Below are positions 9,037 through 17,687 of a stretch of 64,000 nt of DNA, piece after piece. A model generated the notes under the pieces. The model had not been told where the DNA came from, made no database searches, and saw only the letters and a list, made by a program, of their open reading frames with translations. Origin of the DNA: Alphaproteobacteria bacterium (GTDB lineage: Bacteria > Pseudomonadota > Alphaproteobacteria > SP197); the NCBI GenBank assembly GCA_965228895.1, contig OZ245842.1, positions 1,856,001 to 1,920,000 on the forward strand, in the 5' to 3' direction. Numbering within the stretch: the stretch's first letter is position 1; each line of letters starts with the position of its first letter. The position numbers and the translations under genes were made by a program.

Positions 9037-10059
9037 ATGCCCGGGATCGTCACAGCACCGATCGATCATCCTGTTGCTTGGCGCGCCAGCGATTTTGCTT
9101 CGCCCGACCAGATTGCGGTCGCGTTGACGTCGGTGCAGCGGCGCATCCTGGCCGACTTAGGGCGACGCGTGTGCAGCCAGGGTCGCGGCTGGCGCGACTT
9201 GACCGCGGCAGAAGAGGCACTGCCGGACCTCGCCGAAACGTTGTCCGATGTTCGCCAGCAGGTCTATGGCGGGCGGGGCCTCGTCCTGCTGCGCGGTTTG
9301 CCGATGGGCGAACTCAACGAAGACGAGGCGGCCGTTGCCGCGTGGGCGGTGGGAAGTCATTTTGGACGCCGGGCTACCCAGAGCGCACTCGGCGACATGC
9401 TTGGCCGTGTCGAAATTGACCCCAACCTGCAGCAGACCTGGCGGGGTTATCGCAGCTCTGCGCAATCGAGGTTTCACACCGATCACGTTGACGGCTTGGC
9501 ACTAGCCTGTGTGCGCCCGGCGGGGTCGGGCGGTGCATCGTGCGTCGTCAGTGCGGCCGCCATTCATAACGTGTTGGCCGCCGAACGGCCGGATCTTCTG
9601 CCGGCATTGTACCAGGGCTTTCGCATGCATTGGTTCGGCGAGCCGCCCGCGTCTGGTGAGACAGTGACCGACCTCGACGTGCCGGTCTTTTCCTGGAGCG
9701 AAGACCGCATCGTCTGCGTGATGTTGCCGAGCTACATGGAGGCCGCCGCCAAGGAGCTCGGCGTCGCGATGCCGCCCTTGCTGGCCGAGGGTTGCGCCAT
9801 GATGCACGAGATCGCCGCACGTGACGGTATGGCGCTGAACTTCATGCTCGAAGCCGGTGACATGCTGGTGATCGACAACAAAGCCGTCCTGCACGGCCGG
9901 GCGGCGTTTGAAAGCAGCCCGGCGGAACTCAGCCGCAGATTGCTCTTCCGCTTGCAGTTTGAAGTCCTGCCGCTCAGACCCGCCCATCCCGGCGTGGTAC
10001 ACTACTATGACGGCCTTAAGCGCGCCTATCGCGATCCCGGCGCCAGGGCGTGCGCCTGA
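9037..10059 (+). CDS. TauD/TfdA-family Fe(II)/2OG dioxygenase
   Basis: FHTD facial-triad start, SGGAS, DN..VLHGR and R.LFRL motifs. Confidence 0.88.
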   Translation: MPGIVTAPIDHPVAWRASDFASPDQIAVALTSVQRRILADLGRRVCSQGRGWRDLTAAEEALPDLAETLSDVRQQVYGGRGLVLLRGLPMGELNEDEAAVAAWAVGSHFGRRATQSALGDMLGRVEIDPNLQQTWRGYRSSAQSRFHTDHVDGLALACVRPAGSGGASCVVSAAAIHNVLAAERPDLLPALYQGFRMHWFGEPPASGETVTDLDVPVFSWSEDRIVCVMLPSYMEAAAKELGVAMPPLLAEGCAMMHEIAARDGMALNFMLEAGDMLVIDNKAVLHGRAAFESSPAELSRRLLFRLQFEVLPLRPAHPGVVHYYDGLKRAYRDPGARACA

Positions 10060-10161
10060 CGGACCTTACTTCCAAACACGACCGAGGCCAGTCTTGTTGC
10101 GACGACAAGCGAACTTCATCGCACATAGGACGTACGTGCGATGTTGAACGCAGTCCCGCAG

Positions 10162-10818
10162 TTAGGCGCGGTCGGACTTGCGCGGCAGGGTGTCGGGCAG
10201 GTAGAGGCCCAGATAGGCGATGCCGACCCGGATAGCTTCATCCAGCATGGATTTCACGATCTTGTCGTGTTCGATGACCGACAGAGAGAACATGTAATGG
10301 GTCAATTCGACATAATAGAAAAAGACGTCCTTGGGTCGCGGGATCTTTGGCAGTTCGTACATGTTGTCGAAGACGTCGTACATCACCAATCCCGCGCGCC
10401 GCTCTTTTATGCGGTCCTGTAGCTGGAACACGGGCGGCGTTGTCCCACCGATGAGAAGCCGTCTTGCTGGTGGCGTTTCGTTGTAGAGCGCCGCGATTCT
10501 TTTCATCTGGTAACGCACCAGAGATTGCCAGTCATGGTTCGCTCTGGCCGGAAGAGGTTGCTGTGCGACCTCGACAAACTGACGGCTCAAGTCGTCCGAC
10601 AAAGCCATGAACACGTCATAGCGATTTGCGAAGAAATGATAGGCGGACCCTTCGGGAACGTTTGCTCTGTTGGCGATTTCAATGAAGGTGATCTCCTCCA
10701 GTGGCCGGTCACACAGCAGTTCATAGGCAGCCTTCAGAAGCGCCTCTCGCCGTTGCTTGCCGCGTTTGCGGACTCCTACATTGGTCTTGCGCAAGCCCAT
10801 TTTTTGTCGTTGTGCCAT
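10162..10818 (-). CDS. TetR/AcrR family transcriptional regulator
   Basis: N-terminal HTH (ITFIEIANRANVPEGSAYHFF). Start at ATG 10818 or 10800. Confidence 0.88.
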   Translation of the reverse strand: MAQRQKMGLRKTNVGVRKRGKQRREALLKAAYELLCDRPLEEITFIEIANRANVPEGSAYHFFANRYDVFMALSDDLSRQFVEVAQQPLPARANHDWQSLVRYQMKRIAALYNETPPARRLLIGGTTPPVFQLQDRIKERRAGLVMYDVFDNMYELPKIPRPKDVFFYYVELTHYMFSLSVIEHDKIVKSMLDEAIRVGIAYLGLYLPDTLPRKSDRA

Positions 10819-10956
10819 GATGGATTCCGTCATCGCGATGACATGGCGATGAACGTACAGCCATTTGGTGTTGAAGGGTAATCGAGTCCTGCTGGGCGAA
10901 TGAACCGGCCACACACAAGGACCGGGGATTACCGTCGATGACGTGACATGAAGCCC

Positions 10957-10979
10957 CAAGTCCCCCATCGGGCATCATC
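10957..10979 (+). repeat. Degenerate direct repeat of the tRNA-Leu 3' end (attR-like)
   Basis: CAAGTCCCCCATCGGGCATCATC versus CAAGTCCCTCAGCGGGCACCATC at 5857-5879: 20/23 identical, same orientation. Confidence 0.6.
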
Positions 10980-11357
10980 GACGTTGAATGTCCCCGCAAC
11001 GAGGTAGCGCAGTTCGTTACCCGTTTGGAGCAGGCTGCGCTTCATCCCCGCGTCGACGGTGACTTGCCCGAAGGTGAGAAGGGCGATCTACGCGGCCGGA
11101 TCACGCTGACGTTCATTCATCAAGGTCCCGATCCGAGACGAGATGAGCCAGCCTTCGGATAGCCGGTAACCTCTGCCTTTCGCCCAGGAGAACCCGCATG
11201 GTCCGGCCGGGGCCCAGAAAAACCTATAACTGGCCGTTATGTTTGGCCGTGTCGTTGCATTCTTAAGCGCACGCCGGCCATTCAATCGGCTACACTTGGT
11301 CTTCGATTCTGGTTCTTGAACAAGTGTTGCCTTCAAGCGGCGACCAGGTTGTGCGTT

Positions 11358-11585
11358 ATGGATGACATCGACTACGGCGAGAAAGTGAGGCTGGTCGCTT
11401 CGTGGTTGCCGGACGGCTATGAGGACATCAGTCTGGCCGAAGCGGTAGTCAAGGTGATGGCCCTTGAAGCGTTGAGGGATGACATGAACGTCGGCATCGT
11501 GCGTGCCGGCCGTACGGCATTGACGACGCGTCAGCAGATCAAGGCAATATTCGACCGGCCCGATTTCCCGCACAGCGATAGATGA
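11358..11585 (+). CDS. Small hypothetical protein
   Basis: 75-aa ORF with protein-like composition; no recognisable motif. Confidence 0.4.
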   Translation: MDDIDYGEKVRLVASWLPDGYEDISLAEAVVKVMALEALRDDMNVGIVRAGRTALTTRQQIKAIFDRPDFPHSDR

Positions 11586-11812
11586 TATCTGCACGCTAAG
11601 TGAGCCCGATACGGGCTGCGTCCTGTGCGATGCACGCGCGAGCCTGGTCAACTCGAACCGGCCGGAGTATTTTGCACACCACCATTGGCGAGTTTTTGAC
11701 GACTTCTACGGGTCGACTTGAGCTAAGATTACATCAGAACTTGGAGTTTTCTTGGTGATCGCCAAGATTTGCTGTAGTGATTAACGACATGTCTCATACT
11801 GGGAGGGGCAAG

Positions 11813-13594
11813 ATGTCCCAGTTTAAGACGTTCAAGGCAGTGTTGATCAAGCCGTCGCACTACGACGATGACGGCTATGTCATCCAATGGCTCAAATCGA
11901 TTATCCCATCGAACACGCTGGCGGCGCTTTATGGCGTCATCGGCGAATGCGCTGCGCGCAAGGTTCTGGGTGACGATGTCAACATCGAGATCGAAGCCTA
12001 TGATGAGACAAACACCGTCATCCCGATCAAGAGGATCGTTCGGTCGCTGAAGGAATGTGACGGCGGTTTCGTCGGACTGGTCGGCGTGCAGTCAAACCAG
12101 TTTCCACGTGCCATCGATCTGGCGCGACAATTCCGCATCCATGACCTCACTGTGATCATCGGCGGTTTCCACGTCGCCGGCAGCCTCGCCATGCTGCCGG
12201 AGGTGCCCAAGGAAATCAGCGATGCCCAGGAGATGGGTGTTTCGTTTTATGCAGGCGAGACCGAAGGGCGCATGGACGAGCTCTTGCACGACGTCTGGAA
12301 CGGCACGGTAAAGCCGCTCTATCGCTACATGGCTGACTTGCCGGAAATGGACGGCGCACCGGTTCCTTACCTGCCGGACGAGCTGGTTGCCAAAGCGGCC
12401 GGCAACTACACGAGTTTCGATTCAGGACGCGGCTGCCCGTTCCAGTGTTCGTTCTGCACGATCATCAACGTGCAGGGAAGAAAGTCACGCTATCGCTCGC
12501 CCGACGATATCGAGCAAATCATTCGGCTCAATGAAGAGCAGGGAATCCGTCGCTATTTCATCACCGACGACAACTTCGCGCGCAACAAGAACTGGGAAGC
12601 GATCTTGGACCGCATGATCTACCTGCGCGAGGAGGAGAAGTTCCGGTTCAAGTTCATTATCCAGGTCGACACGCTGTGCCATCGGACGGCTGGCTTTGTC
12701 GAAAAGGCGGCGCGTGCCGGCTGCAACCGCGTCTTCATCGGATTGGAGAACATCGACCCGGATGCGTTGATGTCGGCCAAGAAGCGGCAGAACAAGATCT
12801 GGGAATACCGCGACATGATGCAGGCCTGGAAACGTGCCGGCGTCATTACCTATGCCGGGTACATTCTGGGTTTTCCCGATGACACGCCGGAGAAGATCAG
12901 GCGCAATATCGAGATTATTCAGCGCGAGCTGCCGCTCGACCTCATCGAGTTCTTCTTTCTGACGCCGCTTCCGGGTTCCGAAGATCATCAGAAGATGCAC
13001 CGCGACGGCGTCTGGATGGATCCCGACCTCAACAAATATGACCTAAACCACCGCGTCTCGCATCATCCGGCAATGTCGGACGAGGCGTGGGACAAGATCT
13101 ACCTGGAAGCATGGAAGCTCTACTACACGCCCAAGCATTTCGAAACGGTGATCCGCCGCCAGGCCTCGCTCGGCCTGAAGACGAAGACCCTGTTCCACGG
13201 TATGGGCGGTTTCTACGCGTCGATCATGTACGCCAACGTGCATCCGCTGGAAGCCGGATTCTGGCGGCGCCGGGTGCGCAGTCAACGCCGGCACGGGCTA
13301 CCGCGCGAGAACCCGTTGATCTTCTATCCCAAGCGAACCTGGGTCGAGTTCTGGTCGCACGCCAAATTCCTGATGCTCTACCTGCGGCTTAAGCTCATTC
13401 ATGACCGTGTCGTCAAGGATCCGACGGTGCGTGCCTATACCGACCTCGCGATGACGCCGACGACTGACGACGAAGACAACGACCTGGACCTCATCAAGGT
13501 ATTCGAAGACCAGATCCCCGATACCTATGGCGCGCCGGTCAAGCGCAAGAAAAAGGACGGCACGGTAGAAGAAAAGATGATCGCCGCCGGGTGA
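11813..13594 (+). CDS. Cobalamin-binding radical SAM protein
   Basis: N-terminal B12-binding-like domain (VGVQSNQFPRA...IIGGFH), GRGCPFQCSFC, FITDDNF, FIGLE and ILGFP motifs; GGAGG RBS. Confidence 0.9.
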   Translation: MSQFKTFKAVLIKPSHYDDDGYVIQWLKSIIPSNTLAALYGVIGECAARKVLGDDVNIEIEAYDETNTVIPIKRIVRSLKECDGGFVGLVGVQSNQFPRAIDLARQFRIHDLTVIIGGFHVAGSLAMLPEVPKEISDAQEMGVSFYAGETEGRMDELLHDVWNGTVKPLYRYMADLPEMDGAPVPYLPDELVAKAAGNYTSFDSGRGCPFQCSFCTIINVQGRKSRYRSPDDIEQIIRLNEEQGIRRYFITDDNFARNKNWEAILDRMIYLREEEKFRFKFIIQVDTLCHRTAGFVEKAARAGCNRVFIGLENIDPDALMSAKKRQNKIWEYRDMMQAWKRAGVITYAGYILGFPDDTPEKIRRNIEIIQRELPLDLIEFFFLTPLPGSEDHQKMHRDGVWMDPDLNKYDLNHRVSHHPAMSDEAWDKIYLEAWKLYYTPKHFETVIRRQASLGLKTKTLFHGMGGFYASIMYANVHPLEAGFWRRRVRSQRRHGLPRENPLIFYPKRTWVEFWSHAKFLMLYLRLKLIHDRVVKDPTVRAYTDLAMTPTTDDEDNDLDLIKVFEDQIPDTYGAPVKRKKKDGTVEEKMIAAG

Positions 13595-13683
13595 ATTCCC
13601 GCGCTTGTTCGACATACCGACGAGAGGTTAAGAAGGGTGGCCGTTTCTCGGTTGCTGGATCCAGCATGGGTTAAGGGAGGGCA

Positions 13684-14430
13684 ATGGCCAAATCGTTCGC
13701 AACACCGGCCAACAACATGCCGGTACAGGCGCCGCTCATCCCTGATCCGTTTGTGCCCTACAAATGCCCGGGAAATCGGTCGGTCTTTGCGGTTTGCCGC
13801 GGTAATGAGGTGGCGCTGCGTACCGTGCTGGAGCCGACACCGTTCGACTTTGTCGACGATCGATTCGTGGTGTCGGTCACCGATTTCAGCAACTGCGACA
13901 AGGTGCCGTTCTTCGATGCGGCGATCGTGATGCCCGTGCGTTTCGGTGACATGGCGGGCGGGCATTATGTGTTTGAGTATGAGGACGACGACCGTGCTAT
14001 CGCCGCCGGTCGCGACTTGTGGGGATACCCCAAAAAGTACGCCGCCATATCGTTGGAGCGGCATCACGATTTGGTGCGCGGCACTGCGGTGCGCCACGGC
14101 GTCACCATCATCGATGTCGAGGTGCCGCTGGAGTACGGCGCCAAAGCACCGAACAAGCCGGTGGTCGTGCCGCACCTCAACATCCGGTCCGTGCCGGCGC
14201 CGGACGGTCCGGGCACGTCGCTGCGTCAGGTCATCGTCAGAGACACGTCGCCGGACTTTGTTTTGAGTGAGGAACTCCACGGTCAGGCCAACGTTACGCT
14301 GAAGGCCATACCCGGTTGCCCCTTGGACGTCTTTCAGCCGGTCGAGGTGCTGGGCGGCGGGTTCACCACCGGCGATTTCTACGCGACCGAGGAAAATGGT
14401 TGGGGCCGCATCGTCGCCACACTCGATTGA
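13684..14430 (+). CDS. Acetoacetate decarboxylase-like family protein
   Basis: AGRDLWGYPKK Schiff-base Lys motif; GGAGG RBS. Confidence 0.85.
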   Translation: MAKSFATPANNMPVQAPLIPDPFVPYKCPGNRSVFAVCRGNEVALRTVLEPTPFDFVDDRFVVSVTDFSNCDKVPFFDAAIVMPVRFGDMAGGHYVFEYEDDDRAIAAGRDLWGYPKKYAAISLERHHDLVRGTAVRHGVTIIDVEVPLEYGAKAPNKPVVVPHLNIRSVPAPDGPGTSLRQVIVRDTSPDFVLSEELHGQANVTLKAIPGCPLDVFQPVEVLGGGFTTGDFYATEENGWGRIVATLD

Positions 14431-14467
14431 CGAAGGCGCATGAGCGCCTGTAGGGCCTGCGCTACGT

Positions 14468-14704
14468 TTAGATTGTCAAGGTAATGCCCCAAGGGGAAGT
14501 TCCGCCTGTGGCTGGTCGCGCGACACGATCGTCCTGTGGCATGGCGACATCGCGAAAGCGCACCGCGGCATCCGCTTCGATGGCCTTGATCTTGTCGTCG
14601 AGTGCTGGCGGGCGCTCATCGGGAATGGCGAGGTCCGTCGCCGTCACGAAGGCGATTCTCAGATCGGAAAAACGGTCGGCGATGGCGGAGATGTCGGCGC
14701 GCAT
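14468..14704 (-). pseudogene. Probable truncated B3/4 (tRNA-editing-like) domain gene
   Basis: First ~60 aa resemble the N-terminus of alphaproteobacterial B3/4 proteins as I recall them. Similarity is lost where WR..Y..FG would follow. Confidence 0.4.
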
Positions 14705-14768
14705 GGTTGATCCGGCGATGCGATTGGCGCGCCTTCGTAACGTCTAACGCACCGATCTCCAAGACATC

Positions 14769-15197
14769 TCATCGCTCGGTGTAGCGGCGCTCCACGGCAA
14801 GGTAGTAGCCCGCCATGCCGGCCAGCATGGCGACGACAAACACGACAACCAGTCCGATCCCCGACGACAGAGCCGCCAATGCAGGGCCTGGACAGAAACC
14901 GGCGATGCCCCAACCCAAGCCGAACAAGACAGCGCCGGCAATCAAGCGGACATCGATGTCGTGCCGGTCGGGCAGGTGAAGCCGGCCCGTCAACAAAGGG
15001 GCGCCGCGACGTCGGACCAAGGCGAAGCCGGGAACCGTGACGATCAGGGCGCCGCCCATGACAAACGCGAGTGTGGGATCCCAGGTGCCCGCAAAATCGA
15101 GAAAGTTGAGGACCTTGGCGGGGTTGATCATGCCTGATACGGCGAGACCCGCACCAAACAACAGACCGCAGATGAGACTGGCGAGAACGCGGCGCAT
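14769..15197 (-). CDS. YeeE/YedE-family sulfur-compound transporter subunit
   Basis: SGMINPAKVLNFLD..GTWDPTL and FGLGWGIAGFCPGP motifs. Confidence 0.92.
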   Translation of the reverse strand: MRRVLASLICGLLFGAGLAVSGMINPAKVLNFLDFAGTWDPTLAFVMGGALIVTVPGFALVRRRGAPLLTGRLHLPDRHDIDVRLIAGAVLFGLGWGIAGFCPGPALAALSSGIGLVVVFVVAMLAGMAGYYLAVERRYTER

Positions 15198-15198
15198 G

Positions 15199-15627
15199 TC
15201 AGGATGCGCCGAGCACGTGGCGGGTAACGTAGACGGTCACAATGGCAACCACGAAGAAGAGGGCGGTGGCCAGAATCGACCGGCGCGAACCGCGCGCAAG
15301 GCCGCAGACGCCGTGACCGCTGGTGCACCCCGATCCCATGCGGGTGCCGAAGCCGACCAGCAGTCCGGCGACGATCAACCATGGCCATGGTGTCGCGATA
15401 GTGACAGGCGCCATGGCGCCGGATGCGGCCGCGACCAACAGCGGGCCCATAACCAACCCCGCGACGAAGGCAAGGCGCCAGCCCGTGTCGCCGGTCGCGC
15501 CGTCGATCGCGCCGCCAACGATGCCGCTGATACCGGCGATTCGGCCAATCAATGCCAGGAAGAGCACAGCGGCCAGCCCGATCATCATGCCGCCGATCAA
15601 TCCGGAGATGGGTGTGAATGCTGTCAT
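15199..15627 (-). CDS. YeeE/YedE-family sulfur-compound transporter subunit
   Basis: GRIAGISG and GSGCTSGHGVCG motifs. Confidence 0.92.
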   Translation of the reverse strand: MTAFTPISGLIGGMMIGLAAVLFLALIGRIAGISGIVGGAIDGATGDTGWRLAFVAGLVMGPLLVAAASGAMAPVTIATPWPWLIVAGLLVGFGTRMGSGCTSGHGVCGLARGSRRSILATALFFVVAIVTVYVTRHVLGAS

Positions 15628-15679
15628 GCGCCGCCACCAACGTGAGGACCCAGATGAGCCTAATGTAGCACCTTAGGCG

Positions 15680-15693
15680 TTGACTCAAATCAA
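15680..15693. promoter_or_regulatory. FNR/FixK-type box upstream of the yeeE/yedE pair
   Basis: TTGACTCAAATCAA, 9/10 match to TTGAT-N4-ATCAA, about 53 nt upstream of ATG 15627. Confidence 0.6.
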
Positions 15694-15715
15694 AGGTGGC
15701 TGGCGATCGGCGAAC

Positions 15716-16201
15716 CTAGGTCAGTTGTTTTTCCATGCGGAAGTTGATCAGCGTCTCGCCGCCACGCACGACCTCCTGGCGTTCTAGGACGGAAAAACCG
15801 TGCTTTTCAAAGACCGGCCGGGCGGTCAGGCTGGCTTCCGTTGTCAGGCATTTCAAGCCACGGGCAAGGGCCTCTTTCTCGACGTGTTGCAGCAGGGCGG
15901 AGGCGATTCCTCGGCGTTGGTGGCCTTTGGCGACAAACAGCATTTCGACATGGCCCTTCGGCGTCAGTTCCGTGAATCCCACGGTGGTTCCAGCAGTTTC
16001 TACGACAAAACAATCGTTAGCGGCGATCCTCTCGGCCCAGACGGCCTCATCGATCGTATCTGGCGCCCAGGCGCGTACCTGATCTTCGGTGTAGTCGGCC
16101 AAGTTCACGGACCGCACGGTGGAGCGAAAGAGCGCGATCAAGGTCGCGACGTTGCCATTGAAAGGCTGAACGTCGAGCGTTTCGTCGCGCGCCGAACTCA
16201 T
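15716..16201 (-). CDS. GNAT acetyltransferase (YafP-like)
   Basis: Y..QV.AWAP, HQRRGIA, EASLTARPVFEKHGF and NFRMEK motifs. Confidence 0.9.
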   Translation of the reverse strand: MSSARDETLDVQPFNGNVATLIALFRSTVRSVNLADYTEDQVRAWAPDTIDEAVWAERIAANDCFVVETAGTTVGFTELTPKGHVEMLFVAKGHQRRGIASALLQHVEKEALARGLKCLTTEASLTARPVFEKHGFSVLERQEVVRGGETLINFRMEKQLT

Positions 16202-16376
16202 GGCTGCCTTGTCGCGCGGCGGTAAAGAAACGGATCAAGCATCAGGCATGCCGAAAAGGTTTCGAGGCCAGGTTCATCGGACGTTACCGCCGGCATGCCG
16301 TCACGTCGATCACAACGACAAACGGCCCCGCCGGTATTGAGCGAGGCCGCATGCCGATTACGAGGTGGAACACCAG

Positions 16377-16931
16377 TTATTGCGGATGGACGATCCCGTG
16401 GGGATTGTAGTCGGGGTAATCGGCGTGGCGCGAAATGTCGGCGCCACCTTCGGCGAGGTCTTCCTTAAGGCCGGGCCAGTTCTCGTGGGCGTTGCCGATC
16501 CGGTCGTCGGCTTCCTCGATGAACGCGACCTTGGTGTCGACGTCCCAATTCAGGTAGAGCTTGCCGTCCTGGATCGACCAGCCGTCGATCACATCGACCT
16601 CGGCAATGTAGTCTTCCGATGCCGCGTAGGAGCACCAGCCGCCATGCTGTGGTGCATAGGCTTCGGGGTCGGCCGTGAACGTGTCGCGGTTCTCGGCGGA
16701 CGCGAAATGCCAGGTCGCGCCTTCCCACTCCGCGCTATAGGCGGCATCGCCCTTGGTCGCGTTGCCGGATGTGAAGTAGGCGACGGTGTCATAGCCGTCG
16801 ATTGCGACGCCGTCCGGCGTCGTGTTGACGTATTGATTCGTCTCGGCATGAGCCGTGACGGAAAATGCGATGACAGTCGCAGCAGTGAGCGCCGCGGCCG
16901 AGCCACGCGCCCAGTTTAGAACACCTAACAT
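16377..16931 (-). CDS. Secreted YHS-domain protein
   Basis: Signal peptide; AIDGYDTVAYF, WHFASAENRD.F..DP..YAPQHGGWC and DGKLYLN motifs. Confidence 0.88.
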   Translation of the reverse strand: MLGVLNWARGSAAALTAATVIAFSVTAHAETNQYVNTTPDGVAIDGYDTVAYFTSGNATKGDAAYSAEWEGATWHFASAENRDTFTADPEAYAPQHGGWCSYAASEDYIAEVDVIDGWSIQDGKLYLNWDVDTKVAFIEEADDRIGNAHENWPGLKEDLAEGGADISRHADYPDYNPHGIVHPQ

Positions 16932-17059
16932 GCTTTGCAGTCCCCAATGGCCTGAGTGAAGGTTCAAGCCACCCGATCAGTTTTTAGATAGGGGGGTTGC
17001 GTGGGACCTGCCATCACAAGGTGGCGGAAAGTGCTCACGAAAATGCGAGCGCTGTTGGT

Positions 17060-17554
17060 TCATGGCAAGACGGGCGGCAGTTGATCGCCGGTACACTGCG
17101 CAATTTCGACGCCGTGCCCTGATCCCATGCGTGTGACCTGATAGGTGCACGTTGCGGTGAATCCCTCCCACTTGCCGGTGCCGCCATCATAGGTATAGGT
17201 GCCGGTTCCCGGCGCGGCGGCCTCGTCCTTGCCGCGCGCAACGGTGCTATAGAGTTTGTCGCCGTCGCTGTCGGTTGTGACACAGCTCAGAGTGACGGCG
17301 GTGCCCGCGGCATCGGCTTCGATCATGCCGGCGCATTCGAAACTGCCGCCGGGAACGGTTGTGCCGCCCGCGCTGACGGTGTTGGCGCCGGTCGCATAGT
17401 AGCTCATGACCTGGCGGCCCTCGGCCAATTCCACGGCATTGATATCGCCGACGGTGATAAGAACTTCCTCCCAACTGGCCGCATGTGCGCCGGTTGCCAT
17501 GGCCGATGCAGCCAGCATGGCGACGATCGAGCCGAAAAGCAGGTGTCGTCTCAT
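17060..17554 (-). CDS. Hypothetical secreted beta-rich protein
   Basis: Signal peptide (AHA); DSDGDKLY and GGTGKWEG beta-barrel-type motifs; four Cys. Confidence 0.75.
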   Translation of the reverse strand: MRRHLLFGSIVAMLAASAMATGAHAASWEEVLITVGDINAVELAEGRQVMSYYATGANTVSAGGTTVPGGSFECAGMIEADAAGTAVTLSCVTTDSDGDKLYSTVARGKDEAAAPGTGTYTYDGGTGKWEGFTATCTYQVTRMGSGHGVEIAQCTGDQLPPVLP

Positions 17555-17639
17555 GGTTCTTCCCCCTCATTGGTGTCCCAGGTTAGCGCCAACACAGGCG
17601 TTTGCCATCGCTCGACACGCAGATGTGACGCCGCCGCGG

Positions 17640-17653
17640 TTGATCCACGTCAA
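17640..17653. promoter_or_regulatory. FNR/FixK box upstream of hemN
   Basis: TTGATCCACGTCAA, 9/10 consensus; hemN is a known FnrL/FixK target in alphaproteobacteria. Confidence 0.8.
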
Positions 17654-17687
17654 CGCGGGAGATGCCCGGATCGGCTAGAAGTCGGCC

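Noticed and set aside
16377-16931. YHS protein as a selenoprotein
   Set aside because: The GGWC position is Cys and the ORF is uninterrupted.
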